Shown: positions 48,229 to 57,700 of the stretch, one piece after another | Layout: the number at the start of each line of letters is the position of its first letter | Position numbering within the stretch: position 1 is the first letter of the stretch | Source: an uncultured Verrucomicrobiota bacterium | GTDB lineage: Bacteria > Verrucomicrobiota > Verrucomicrobiia > Limisphaerales > UBA9464 | Assembly: GCA_903907995.1 (NCBI GenBank) | Contig: CAIVQH010000008.1 | Coordinates: 7,220 to 71,219 of the forward strand | Direction: 5' to 3' | DNA length: 64,000 bases | Notes under the pieces: model-generated | Told to the model about the DNA's origin: nothing | Seen by the model: only the letters and a program-made list of their open reading frames with translations | Database searches by the model: none | Position numbers and translations under genes: made by a program

Positions 48229-49593
48229 ATGACACGCCGCGACTTTCTCAAGCAGGGCTCCACTGCGCTTGCGCTCAGCGCCGCCGCCTCCTACGTCCCC
48301 ACCACCTTCGCCGCCGAGCCGAAGCCCAAGCGCGTCGGCCTCATCGGCACCGGCTGGTACGGCAAGAGCGACCTCTACCGCCTCATGCAGGTCGCGCCGG
48401 TCGAGGTCGTGTCGCTCTGCGACGTGGACAAGCACCTGCTCAACGAGTGCGCCGACACCTGCGCGCAGAAGAACAAGTCCGGCAAGCGCCCACGCATTTA
48501 CACCGACTACCGCCAGATGCTCGCCGAGAAGGATCTCGACATCGTGGAGGTCGCCACGCCCGACCACTGGCACGCCCTCGCCATGATCGAGGCCTGCAAG
48601 TCCGGTGCGGACATCTACTGCCAGAAGCCCATCGGCGTGGACGTCGTCGAGGGCCGCGCCATGGTGGCCGCCGCGCGCAAGTACAACCGCGTCGTGCAGA
48701 TCGGCACGCAGCGCCGCAGCACGCCGCATTTGATCGAGGCCAAGGAGCGGTTCATTGATTCCGGCGCGCTCGGCAGGATCATCAGCGTGGACGTCTGCTG
48801 CTACTGGCACATGCGGAATGGCGACACCCTCGCCACCGCGCCGGACACCGCGCCGCCCGACTATCTGGATTACGAGCGCTGGGTCGGCCCCGCGCCGATG
48901 ATGCCTTACAACAAGATCGTCCACCCGCGCGGCTGGCGGGCGTACATGGAATTCGGCAACGGCATCGTGGGCGACATGTGTGTCCACATGCTCGACATGA
49001 TCCGGTGGCAGCTCGGCCTGGGTTGGCCGAAGTCCGTGACCTCGTGGGGCGGCATCCTGCATGACCGCAAGGCCCGGGCGGACATTAGCGACACGCAGAC
49101 GGCTACCTTCGATTTCGACGGCTTCCAGATGACCTGGAACCATCGCACCTGGGGCGCAATGCCCGACCCCGACTATCCATGGGCCGCAATCATCCACGGC
49201 GAAAAGGGCACGCTGAAGCAGAGCGTCTTCCGCTACGACTTCATCCCGCGCGATGGCGGCCCCACCATCCACAAAGACCAGGTCATGGAGCTGGACAAGT
49301 ATCCCGAGGACAAGGTCGAGAAGGACCTGGAAGTGCATGTCGCCCCCGCGATCCGCGGCCACATGAAGAACCTGCTCGCCAGCATCGAGACGCGCTCCAA
49401 GCCCGTCGCCGACGTCGAGCAGGGCCACATTTCCAGCGCCTCGTGCATCCTCGCCAACATGTCAATGAAGCTCGGCCGCACCCTCACTTGGGACTCCGTA
49501 AAACAGGAAGTCATCGGCGACGCCGAGGCCAACGCGATGCTCGCCCGGCCCTACCGCGCGCCGTACACGCATCCGACGCCGGAGAGCGTGTGA
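48229..49593 (+). CDS. Gfo/Idh/MocA family oxidoreductase with TAT signal
   Basis: MTRRDFLKQGSTALALSAAAS, Rossmann motif VGLIGTGWYG, YCQKPI motif. Confidence 0.88.
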   Translation: MTRRDFLKQGSTALALSAAASYVPTTFAAEPKPKRVGLIGTGWYGKSDLYRLMQVAPVEVVSLCDVDKHLLNECADTCAQKNKSGKRPRIYTDYRQMLAEKDLDIVEVATPDHWHALAMIEACKSGADIYCQKPIGVDVVEGRAMVAAARKYNRVVQIGTQRRSTPHLIEAKERFIDSGALGRIISVDVCCYWHMRNGDTLATAPDTAPPDYLDYERWVGPAPMMPYNKIVHPRGWRAYMEFGNGIVGDMCVHMLDMIRWQLGLGWPKSVTSWGGILHDRKARADISDTQTATFDFDGFQMTWNHRTWGAMPDPDYPWAAIIHGEKGTLKQSVFRYDFIPRDGGPTIHKDQVMELDKYPEDKVEKDLEVHVAPAIRGHMKNLLASIETRSKPVADVEQGHISSASCILANMSMKLGRTLTWDSVKQEVIGDAEANAMLARPYRAPYTHPTPESV

Positions 49594-49608
49594 GCGCGGC
49601 ACCATTCC

Positions 49609-50406
49609 ATGGATGCTTGGATCTTCATTGAGACAACCCGTTACTCCGAGTTTTTCCGCCAGGTTCTGGGCGAATATTCAGAAGACGTCTCGATTGAGAT
49701 CGACCGCAGGCAGTATGGCGCTGACGACATCCCTCGTTTGCTGAAAGAATGGTGTACCAATCGGAAAATTCGCGGGACGCGCGACTTCATGCTGCGGCGG
49801 GGGAACCGGATACTGTTCTGGTTCCACGATCATCCCCGGGAGCTGTATGCGGCCCTTTCGGAGCGCGAATTCGTTGAACGCCTAGAGAGGGAAAAGGTGC
49901 TGCGGCACCGCCTGATGCCTCTCAAGGAGAAGAAATCGACCGGTCGACGCCTGCTTGATTTCTGGCCGTTTACACCGTTTTGGACGGTTCTGATCGTTTT
50001 GGTTCCGGTCCTCTGTACCGGCTGCAACCGAGATCCCGACGCTGTCGCCGCGAAGGAGCGAATGGCCACAACGGCAAAGCTGCGCCGGCAACTAAGCGGA
50101 ATCACCCTCCAGGACGGCATCTCGCAATCGGAAGCTGAAATCATCGCCAACTTCTACTTCGACCGGAATGTTGGCTGCGGCGCTTTCAACGGAATTCGAG
50201 ACGGCGGCTCCTTTTGGATTGTTAACGCGCAATCTGGCCTTGCTGGTACACCGGTGAATGGCTTTCACATCGACAAGGTAACCGGCAAGATTTTGTCCCC
50301 ATCGGCCCAAGCTACTCGAACCCATCGGAGTCGCTGCGATAGACGAATCGGGCACGCCTTGGTTTTTGCCCGCCTTTACGCTGTCCTCCGCGTGCTGTCG
50401 GGGTAA
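49609..50406 (+). CDS. hypothetical protein (265 aa) with an internal lipoprotein-like leader; visibly lower GC
   Basis: About 100 aa of soluble-looking N-terminal sequence. Then KEKKSTGRRLLDFWPFTPFWTVLIVLVPVLCTGC and a small C-terminal domain. The last ~40 aa look like read-through. Confidence 0.45.
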   Translation: MDAWIFIETTRYSEFFRQVLGEYSEDVSIEIDRRQYGADDIPRLLKEWCTNRKIRGTRDFMLRRGNRILFWFHDHPRELYAALSEREFVERLEREKVLRHRLMPLKEKKSTGRRLLDFWPFTPFWTVLIVLVPVLCTGCNRDPDAVAAKERMATTAKLRRQLSGITLQDGISQSEAEIIANFYFDRNVGCGAFNGIRDGGSFWIVNAQSGLAGTPVNGFHIDKVTGKILSPSAQATRTHRSRCDRRIGHALVFARLYAVLRVLSG

Positions 50407-50418
50407 GCTGCGACCGAC

Positions 50419-51303
50419 ATGAGCACCCAAAGTCCCGACGCCACGATGGCGGTCTACCTGGATCTGGAAAACCTCGCCCTCGGCGCGCGCGACGCCCACT
50501 TCCCCCTGTTCAACATCCAGAAGGTGCTCGAACGCCTGCTCCTCAAGGGCCACATCGTGGTGAAAAAAGCCTACTGCGACTTCGACCGCTACAAGGACTT
50601 CAAGCGCGGCCTGCACGAGGCGGCCTTCGAGATGATCGAGATCCCGCACGTCCGCCAGTCCGGCAAGAACTCCGCCGACATCCGCATGGTCGTGGACGCG
50701 CTGGACCTCTGCTACACCAAGGGCCACGTGGACACCTTCGTCATCATCAGCGGTGACTCCGACTTTTCGCCGCTGGTGAGCAAGCTCCGCGAGAACGCCA
50801 AGACGGTGATCGGCGTGGGCGTCAAGAATTCCACCTCCGACCTGTTCCTGAACAACTGCGACGAGTTCCTCTACTATGACGATCTCGTGCGCCGGGAACC
50901 GTCGAAGATGCGCCCACGCAGCAGTGCCCCCAGCAGCCCCGCCCCGTCCGCCTCCTCCGCCCCGTCCACCCGCGCCGAGAAGCCGGACAAGGCCGACAAG
51001 GCCGACAAGTTGGAAAAAATCGAGAAGCCCGCCCCGGACGAACCCAAGGGGCCGCCGCTCATTGACGCGCTGGAAATCGTGATCGTGACGCTGGAGGCGC
51101 TCATGGAGGCCCGCGAGGGCAATGACCCGATCTGGGGCTCGATGATCAAGCAGGCCATCAAGCGCCGAAAACCCGGCTTCAACGAGCGCGCCTACGGCTT
51201 CCGCTCCTTCAACGACCTGCTGCTGGAGGCCCAGAAGCGCAACCTCATCAAGCTGGACGCCGACGAAAAATCCGGCGGCTACATGGTGCGATTGCTCGAA
51301 TGA
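50419..51303 (+). CDS. NYN (LabA-like) domain protein with C-terminal OST-HTH/LOTUS domain
   Basis: MAVYLDLENL..., NSADIRMVVDALD and FVIISGDSDFSPLVSKLRE. The C-terminal WGSMIKQAIKRRKPGFNERAYGFRSFNDLLLEA is LOTUS-like. Confidence 0.85.
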   Translation: MSTQSPDATMAVYLDLENLALGARDAHFPLFNIQKVLERLLLKGHIVVKKAYCDFDRYKDFKRGLHEAAFEMIEIPHVRQSGKNSADIRMVVDALDLCYTKGHVDTFVIISGDSDFSPLVSKLRENAKTVIGVGVKNSTSDLFLNNCDEFLYYDDLVRREPSKMRPRSSAPSSPAPSASSAPSTRAEKPDKADKADKLEKIEKPAPDEPKGPPLIDALEIVIVTLEALMEAREGNDPIWGSMIKQAIKRRKPGFNERAYGFRSFNDLLLEAQKRNLIKLDADEKSGGYMVRLLE

Positions 51304-51324
51304 GGGAGCGAATAGGCAGGTAGG

Positions 51325-51545
51325 GCTGAAAGCCCGTCCAAGGAATGCCTGGGGTGGAGCGAACCATGCGAGCGTAGCCCCAGGTTGCTTGAAAACGGGA
51401 AGTCGAGCGCTATAAGCGCGTCCCAAAAAATCGGAATGCTTTGGAGCGGGCCTTCAGCCCTCAGGCCCATCGGTGAGACTTGCCCCCTGGGGCTGCGCTC
51501 ACTGCGTTCACTCCACCCCAGGCATTCCTTGACCGCGCTTTCAGC
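51325..51545. repeat. MITE-like long inverted repeat element (copy B)
   Basis: Left arm 51325-51384 and right arm 51486-51545 are near reverse complements. The perfect 21-bp core is caaggaatgcctggggtggag (51339-51359) / ctccaccccaggcattccttg (51511-51531). It lies in a convergent intergenic region. Confidence 0.8.
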
Positions 51546-51631
51546 GCTACGGCCCACGGTCAGGCGGACACGGAGCCCAAGTCCGTCCTCCGCTTCGCTT
51601 CAATCAGGATTCTGCTAGCCCCGGCAAGCGA

Positions 51632-52147
51632 TCACTTCGCCCGTAGCTTCAGCCTGACTTCGCCGGCATTGAGTTCGAGCATGGTTGAGTTGGTGTCGAG
51701 CGCCAGCGTCGGGAAATTCGTCTGCCAGGCCAGATAGCCACCGTGCTGCACGGTCAGCTGCAGGTTCAGCGGAACCTCACCCCACGAGAACAGGAGGGCC
51801 ACCTGTTTGCTCGGGAGCACGAACGCCCCGTCGGCCCCGGTCCGAACGTAATCCTGCCGCAGCACCATCTCCTCGCCGCCCTTCAGGAACTCGCCCGTAC
51901 CCTTGCGCCAGGTCCAAAGGCGCCGTCCCACCTGGGCATAGGTAACCGGCTGTCCCGACGCGTCATCCACCACCTGGCCGGTCACCCGCGGGGCCGTGTA
52001 GTCGAGGCTGGGGCCGTTGAACGACTCGCAGCCGGCAAGCAGGCCGAGCGCCGCCACGCCGCCGATCATTTTCCACCTGAGCATATGCGCCAGCATAACC
52101 CGTCCGGCCCCGGACGTCACCCTGACAGACCGGTTTTCGGCCGTCAA
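51632..52147 (-). CDS. hypothetical lipoprotein
   Basis: Lipobox GGVAALGLLAGCES. The likely start is an internal Met (MLRWKMIGG...). No recognised domain. Confidence 0.55.
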   Translation of the reverse strand: MTAENRSVRVTSGAGRVMLAHMLRWKMIGGVAALGLLAGCESFNGPSLDYTAPRVTGQVVDDASGQPVTYAQVGRRLWTWRKGTGEFLKGGEEMVLRQDYVRTGADGAFVLPSKQVALLFSWGEVPLNLQLTVQHGGYLAWQTNFPTLALDTNSTMLELNAGEVRLKLRAK

Positions 52148-52399
52148 AACCGGGGCGGAGGTTCGGAAGCCAATTGCGATTCAGGCACTTCCACCGGGTG
52201 CCCCTCGCCGGATTCGGAAAAACGATGAGCGGACTAACTTATGCAAGTCACGCATTACTTAAGCCACTTTGATCGGACCGGTTGCTTGACGCTCCTTCAC
52301 ACCCCATTAAGCTGCTATTTGAACGAACCGCCGCTTGACCCGGACTGGAGCTAATCCGGTCTGGCACGCGGCAACTTTACGCAGCAAAGACATTTTTAC

Positions 52400-54211
52400 A
52401 TGAGCGCAGCAGCAGAGGCACCGGCCCAGCCCGGTAGCCAATCCAGAGTCACCAAGATCAACGAGGCGATCATCCGCATCGCCGGAAACTCGCAGGACGG
52501 CATCCAGGCCATCGGCGGCTTTCTCGCCCGGCTGGCCGGCCGGAGCGAGCAGGAGGTCATGACCTTCATGACCATTCCGTCCACCATTTCCGGCGGCCCT
52601 TCCATCTTCCAGGTCCGCATCGGGTCGGGCGAGGTGCTCTCGGCCGGCGACGAGGCGGACATGCTGCTGTGCTTCTACCAGCACAGCTACGAGGACCACA
52701 TCAAGTCGCTGAAGCTCGGCGGCATCGTCCTCTACGACGCGGACCACGTCACCCCCAAGCCCGAGTGGCAGGAAAACTACCGCCACGTGGGCGTGAACAT
52801 TTCCAGCCTCACCGTCGAGGCCATCGGCGGCACCGGCCGCGACAAGGGCAAGAACATCTATTCCCTCGGTCTGCTCGCCAAGATTTACGACCTCGACGTG
52901 GCCAAGCTGAAGAAGCTGTTCACCGAGCGCTTCGGCGGCAAGGACGCCTCGGTGCTCAACAACGCCAACGCGTGCTTTGACGCCGGCTACAACCACAGCC
53001 TGGAAAACCTGCTCAAGAGCTACCAGTTCTACGCCGGTGCGGACAAGGGCGGCCACCAGGTCGTCATGAACGGCAACGAGGCCCTCGCCTACGGCCTGAT
53101 CGCCGCCGGCATTCGCTTCGGAGCCGGTTACCCGATCACCCCGTGGTCCGACATCATGGAGCTGCTGCGCAAGGAGCTCCCCAAGTACGGCGGCAGCTTC
53201 ATCCAGTGCGAGGACGAGATCGCCTCCGTGTCGATGGCCATCGGCGCCAGCTGGGGCGGCCGTGTGGCCGTCACAGGTTCCTCCGGCCCGGGTATCTCCC
53301 TCAAGTCCGAGGCGATCGGCTGGGCCTCCATGGCCGAAATGCCGCTCATCGTCGTGGACGTGCAGCGCGGCGGCCCCTCGACCGGCATGCCGACGAACGT
53401 CGAGCAGTCCGACCTGAACATCGCCACCTTCGGCGGCCACGGCGACAGCCCGCGCGTCGTGCTTGCCCCGAGCGGCGTCGAGGACTGCTTCTACACCGCC
53501 ATCGAGGCGGTGAACATCGCCCGCAAATACAGCACGCCGGTGATCATCCTCACCGACCAGGGTATCGCCACCCGCATCGAGGCGTTCCCCGAGCCGAAGC
53601 TGGAACAGGTCTGCCAGGACATCTCGCCGGACCTCACCCCTGTGGCGGACCACAAGCCCTACGACCTGAACGCCCCGGACGGCGTGACCCGCCACCTCGC
53701 GCCCGGCACCCGGGTCGCCAGCGGCAAGTATCCCGTCGTCACCGGTCTCGAACACGACGAGATGGGCCACCCGACCGGTTCGCCGAAGGTTCACCTGTCC
53801 ATGATCGCCAAGCGCCGCAACAAGCTGCGCAAGCTCGCGTGGGAACTGCCGACGCCCAAGACCTACGGACCTGACGAGGGGCACATCCTGCTCGTCGGCT
53901 GGGGCAGTACGGAAGGCCCGATGCGCGAAGCCGTGGACCGCGCCCGCGCGGTCGGGGACGCGTTCTCCTGCATCAACCTCAAGCACATCAATCCGTTGCC
54001 AAACGGCTTGGAAAAGATCTTCAAGGGCTTCCACCACGTCTTCGTGGTCGAGCTGAACGACGAGGGTCTTTACGGCTACGGCCAGCTCGCCTCCGTGCTG
54101 CGCGCCCGCTACACCGATCCCAAGATCCAGGGCATCAACAAGGTGGATGGCCTCACTTGGAAGGTGAAGGAGATCCTCGACCGCGCCCGGACGCTCGCCA
54201 GCACCAAGTAA
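52400..54211 (+). CDS. korA: 2-oxoacid:ferredoxin (acceptor) oxidoreductase subunit alpha
   Basis: 603 aa. NGNEALAYGLIAAGIRFGAGYPITPWS, CEDEIASVSMAIGASWGG, DVQRGGPSTGMPT. Confidence 0.88.
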   Translation: MSAAAEAPAQPGSQSRVTKINEAIIRIAGNSQDGIQAIGGFLARLAGRSEQEVMTFMTIPSTISGGPSIFQVRIGSGEVLSAGDEADMLLCFYQHSYEDHIKSLKLGGIVLYDADHVTPKPEWQENYRHVGVNISSLTVEAIGGTGRDKGKNIYSLGLLAKIYDLDVAKLKKLFTERFGGKDASVLNNANACFDAGYNHSLENLLKSYQFYAGADKGGHQVVMNGNEALAYGLIAAGIRFGAGYPITPWSDIMELLRKELPKYGGSFIQCEDEIASVSMAIGASWGGRVAVTGSSGPGISLKSEAIGWASMAEMPLIVVDVQRGGPSTGMPTNVEQSDLNIATFGGHGDSPRVVLAPSGVEDCFYTAIEAVNIARKYSTPVIILTDQGIATRIEAFPEPKLEQVCQDISPDLTPVADHKPYDLNAPDGVTRHLAPGTRVASGKYPVVTGLEHDEMGHPTGSPKVHLSMIAKRRNKLRKLAWELPTPKTYGPDEGHILLVGWGSTEGPMREAVDRARAVGDAFSCINLKHINPLPNGLEKIFKGFHHVFVVELNDEGLYGYGQLASVLRARYTDPKIQGINKVDGLTWKVKEILDRARTLASTK

Positions 54212-54248
54212 CCACCACTTTAACCACCAGTCCTCCCGACTTTTGCCT

Positions 54249-55205
54249 ATGAGTTCGCTCGCCTTTCCTTTCGCCACCCTGCCCCGCACGGGCAACCTCA
54301 ACCTCACGCCGGTCGTGCCGCTCCCCGACAGCGACCGCAAGCCGCTGACCAAGAAGGAAACCTCCGCCGACCACCCCACCTGGTGCCCCGGCTGCGGTGA
54401 CTTCTCGGTCCTCGCGCTCTACTTCAAGCTGATCGAGCGCCGCAAGCTGTGGCACGAGAAGATCACCACCGTCGCCGGCATCGGCTGCTCCAGCCGCTTC
54501 CCCTACTTCGTGCAGGGCCACGGCGCCCACTTCATCCACGGCCGGGCGCTGCCCTACGCCAGCGGCGTGAGCATCTCGCGCCCTGACCTGCACGTCTTCG
54601 TGTTCGGCGGTGACGGCGATGCCTTCTCCATCGGCGGCAACCACTTCACCCACACCGCGCGGAAGAACGTCAAGCTGACCTACGTGGTCATGGACAACCA
54701 GGTGTACGGCCTGACCAAGAACCAGACCTCGCCGACGTCGCCCCTGGGCTACAAGTCGAAGACGGACGCCTGGGGTTCGACCGACCGGCCCATCAACCCC
54801 GTGAAGCAGGCCATCGCCGCCGGCGCGACCTTCGTGGCCCGCACTTCGGCCATGAGCCCCAACCACGTCCTCGCGATGATGGAAGCGGCCATGGATCACG
54901 ACGGTTTCAGCTTCATCCAGTGCCTCAGCGAGTGCGTCGAGTTCTTCCCTGGCGCCTTTGACGGCGCGATCCCCCGCAAGGGCGGCGTGTTCAACGAGAT
55001 CTCGAAGGGGCACGACGTCACCGACGAGTACGCCGCCTACAAGCTGGCCGACGTCGCGTGGCCGGGCCAGTTCGGCATCTTCTACAAGGCGAACCGGCCC
55101 ACGAAGAACGCCAACGAGGCCAAGATCATCGCCGACCACCGCGCCAAGGTGCAGGGGATGGCCGACTGGCAGATACTCCAGAAGAACTTCGACCGGATGA
55201 AGTGA
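54249..55205 (+). CDS. korB: 2-oxoacid:ferredoxin oxidoreductase subunit beta (TPP-binding)
   Basis: TWCPGCGDFSVL, FGGDGDAFSIGGNHF, MDNQVYGLTKNQ. ATG at 54249 (the track starts at a TTG at 54243). Confidence 0.88.
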   Translation: MSSLAFPFATLPRTGNLNLTPVVPLPDSDRKPLTKKETSADHPTWCPGCGDFSVLALYFKLIERRKLWHEKITTVAGIGCSSRFPYFVQGHGAHFIHGRALPYASGVSISRPDLHVFVFGGDGDAFSIGGNHFTHTARKNVKLTYVVMDNQVYGLTKNQTSPTSPLGYKSKTDAWGSTDRPINPVKQAIAAGATFVARTSAMSPNHVLAMMEAAMDHDGFSFIQCLSECVEFFPGAFDGAIPRKGGVFNEISKGHDVTDEYAAYKLADVAWPGQFGIFYKANRPTKNANEAKIIADHRAKVQGMADWQILQKNFDRMK

Positions 55206-55220
55206 TCCGGTTGTAGACGC

Positions 55221-55251
55221 AAAAAGCCCCGGCCAACGCCGGGGCTTTTTT
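55221..55251 (+). terminator. rho-independent terminator after korB
   Basis: aaaaa-gccccggc-caac-gccggggc-tttttt. Confidence 0.85.
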
Positions 55252-55325
55252 GTTGGGCGGGCGCGGACCGGTCACCGGAAATTTTCAGCCTGAAGCGGCG
55301 CAAAATCAGGCCATGACCGCCTTGA

Positions 55326-55676
55326 CTACTTCCTGCGTATCCAGCTCGAAGTGCCGCGCCGCCACCAGAGCATCAGGGATGACCCAATACGGCGAGTGAC
55401 TGTCAAACGGCGCAGGGTATTGGAGAGGTTATAGAGTGTTTTGGCGCAGGATTCCTCGAACTGAAACTGCGCCTCTAGCTTCGCGTCACCTTGCCGATTC
55501 GCAGCCAGTTTTTTGAGCCGGATGCGTTGAAACAAATCGTGAGCATGGCGCCAGGTGCTGCGATCACCGGACATCCGATGCAACTCATCGAGGGTGCTTC
55601 GGTCGGCCGAGTGGGCCGCAAAGAGCTCAATGAGCCGCCGCATGGCGAGAGTCAGCCCGGCGCGTTCGGACAGCAT
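55326..55676 (-). CDS. hypothetical protein, possibly frameshifted near its 3' end
   Basis: The 116-aa ORF ends in an Arg/Trp-rich tail that looks non-native. A +1 frame from about 55415 reads QYPAPFDSHSPYWVIPDALVAARHFELDTQEVVKAVMA*, with its stop at 55306-55308. GC is visibly lower. Confidence 0.4.
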   Translation of the reverse strand: MLSERAGLTLAMRRLIELFAAHSADRSTLDELHRMSGDRSTWRHAHDLFQRIRLKKLAANRQGDAKLEAQFQFEESCAKTLYNLSNTLRRLTVTRRIGSSLMLWWRRGTSSWIRRK

Positions 55677-55690
55677 ACCTTCCTCCGGTC

Positions 55691-57574
55691 TTACTTCGGG
55701 GCCGGGCTGTACGCCTTCAGCGAAAACCCGCGCGGATCCCAGCCGCCGGCATAGACCATCGTCCCGAAATACTTCGCCACCTGCTCAAACGGCGGCAGGA
55801 GGGTCACGTCCACCCACTTCGCCATCTCCTTCGTGCTCTTGGCATCCCCTCCGGGCAGGGCCTTGTCCAGGCCGCCGCTCTGGCGCATTGCCTCCCAGAC
55901 GGCCCGCATGGACTCCTTCATGTCCTCGTAACCCAGCAGGCCGGTACCCATGCCGCCCACCTTCGGCGCGGAATCGGTCAGCGAGGGCAGATCCTTCAGT
56001 GATTTGCCGCCACCGTCGGCGCTGCGGAGAAACTCCTCGAGCATCGCCGGATGGTCGCTCAGCACCACGAAACCGCCACTGGTCGCGATCTCCAGCAACC
56101 GGTTCGGGTCGGTGGGCGACGGATACTTCACGCCGAAGATCTTCTTGCCGTTGAACTCCCGCTCCTTGGGTTCCTCGCCACCGGTCGGCAGCAGGGCGGC
56201 GGCGGCGCGCAGGCCGGCGGCGAGCTGTTCCGGATTGCCCGAGCCCAGCAGCGTGATGCTGGGCGGGTTGGAAAGCTCGGCCAGCGTCTTGCCCTGCGGC
56301 GCGCGCTCGTAGCTGATGAAGTCGTCGCCCAGGTTGGCCACGAACGTCTTCTTGAAATCAAAGCCCGGGTCCTTGTCCTTGCCCAGCGACGCCAGGGTCA
56401 TCTGGAGGAAGCCGCCCATCTGCGGCGAAATGCTCTGGAGGGTGCTCTCGAGCGTGTTCCAGACCTGCTGGCCGTTGAGCCGCCAGCGTTGGAACTTCGC
56501 GACGTCCGCCGGCACAAACGCGGGCGGAGCGGCATCCTTCGCATCGAAGGCCAGCAGCTTCAGCAGGCCGGCGCGCTTCGCCTCCGGCGCACTGATCGCC
56601 AGGCGTCCGGTATTGCCGTCGGACGACTGCTGCGCCGCAAACGCGACGCCCTTCAGCCCATCGAGGCCCAGTGCGGTCAGCGCCTTGCGCGGATCGAAGC
56701 CCAGGGCCGCCGCCTGCGGTTTGGCCTGATCGGCCGCCGATTCAATGGCCCCGTAAAGCAGCCCGAAGTTCACCCAACCAAAGGCGTACGCCTCGTTGAA
56801 GCTGGCCGCCGACTCGCTGGCCTGATAGTCCGCCGTCTCGCCAATCGACGGGACTGTGCCGCCGGTGAGCCGGGCGACGAATTTTTCCAGCGCCTTGGCC
56901 GAATCGCCCAGCAGCAGCACGGAATCCACCTGGCCGAAGGTGATTTCATCGGCCTTTTTGACCTTCGCCGCCTTGTCCCCCGCGGCGGTGTCCTTGTCAT
57001 CGTCGTCATCGTCATCCGCATCCTTGTCGTCGGCCTGGCCCTTGGCCGCCTTCGCCTTCGCCTTTTGCTGCTTTCGGTCGATGACCACCGTGGCGAATTC
57101 CAGGTCGCGGATCTTCTCCATCTTTAGGGGTTTCTTGGCGTCCGTAAGCTTCTGGCGCACCTCGGCCAGACGGGTCTTCAGCTGGTCGGCCTTGTCCTTG
57201 GTGTCGAGCACCAGCACGAAAGCCGGCTCGGTCCCCTTCTCCTTCGGGTTCCAGCCATTCTGCACGATCCCAACCGACACCTGCCCCTGCAGCAGCGGCG
57301 CGTAGTCGGCCAGGTTGATGCCCAGTTCCTTCTCCAAGTTGCCGAGCACCTGCTCCTTGAAGGCGGTCTGGAGCTTGTCGAGGAACGGCCGCATCGCCGG
57401 ATCGCTCATGAACTGGCCATAGCTGCCGGAATTGAAGGTGGACTTGGCCGCGTTCCAGTCCGGAACCGTGACCAGCACCAGCGTGTCCTGTGGGAACAGC
57501 TGCGCGGGCGGCGGCACGGCGGCCTGGAGGGTCAGCAGGCTCAGCAGCGTGACGAGGAGTAGGCGGAATTTCAT
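55691..57574 (-). CDS. secreted hypothetical protein (627 aa) with an acidic Asp-rich linker
   Basis: Signal peptide MKFRLLLVTLLSLLTLQA (start trimmed to the ATG at 57574). DDKDADDDDDDDKD tract. No domain recognised with confidence. Confidence 0.6.
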   Translation of the reverse strand: MKFRLLLVTLLSLLTLQAAVPPPAQLFPQDTLVLVTVPDWNAAKSTFNSGSYGQFMSDPAMRPFLDKLQTAFKEQVLGNLEKELGINLADYAPLLQGQVSVGIVQNGWNPKEKGTEPAFVLVLDTKDKADQLKTRLAEVRQKLTDAKKPLKMEKIRDLEFATVVIDRKQQKAKAKAAKGQADDKDADDDDDDDKDTAAGDKAAKVKKADEITFGQVDSVLLLGDSAKALEKFVARLTGGTVPSIGETADYQASESAASFNEAYAFGWVNFGLLYGAIESAADQAKPQAAALGFDPRKALTALGLDGLKGVAFAAQQSSDGNTGRLAISAPEAKRAGLLKLLAFDAKDAAPPAFVPADVAKFQRWRLNGQQVWNTLESTLQSISPQMGGFLQMTLASLGKDKDPGFDFKKTFVANLGDDFISYERAPQGKTLAELSNPPSITLLGSGNPEQLAAGLRAAAALLPTGGEEPKEREFNGKKIFGVKYPSPTDPNRLLEIATSGGFVVLSDHPAMLEEFLRSADGGGKSLKDLPSLTDSAPKVGGMGTGLLGYEDMKESMRAVWEAMRQSGGLDKALPGGDAKSTKEMAKWVDVTLLPPFEQVAKYFGTMVYAGGWDPRGFSLKAYSPAPK

Positions 57575-57700
57575 GTGGAAAATGGACCAGCTTGGTTGCT
57601 GTGCGCTGAAGTTCGCCCCGGTCATGCCATTGGCAAGCCCGAACTCCGGTCACCGCAAAATGCTAAAACGAAAGCGCACCCGGATGGCTCTCGGGTTCGC

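Noticed and set aside
49600-50400. Prophage or integrative-element interpretation of the lower-GC pockets (49600-50400, 55260-55690, 19940-20890, 63700-64000)
   Set aside because: There are no integrase, transposase, tRNA target or flanking direct repeats. The pockets are single genes. I kept them only as possible small horizontal acquisitions.
56990-57035. GAT/GAC-rich tract as a DNA repeat element
   Set aside because: It simply encodes an acidic linker (DDKDADDDDDDDKD) in frame within the 627-aa secreted protein. It has no independent structure.
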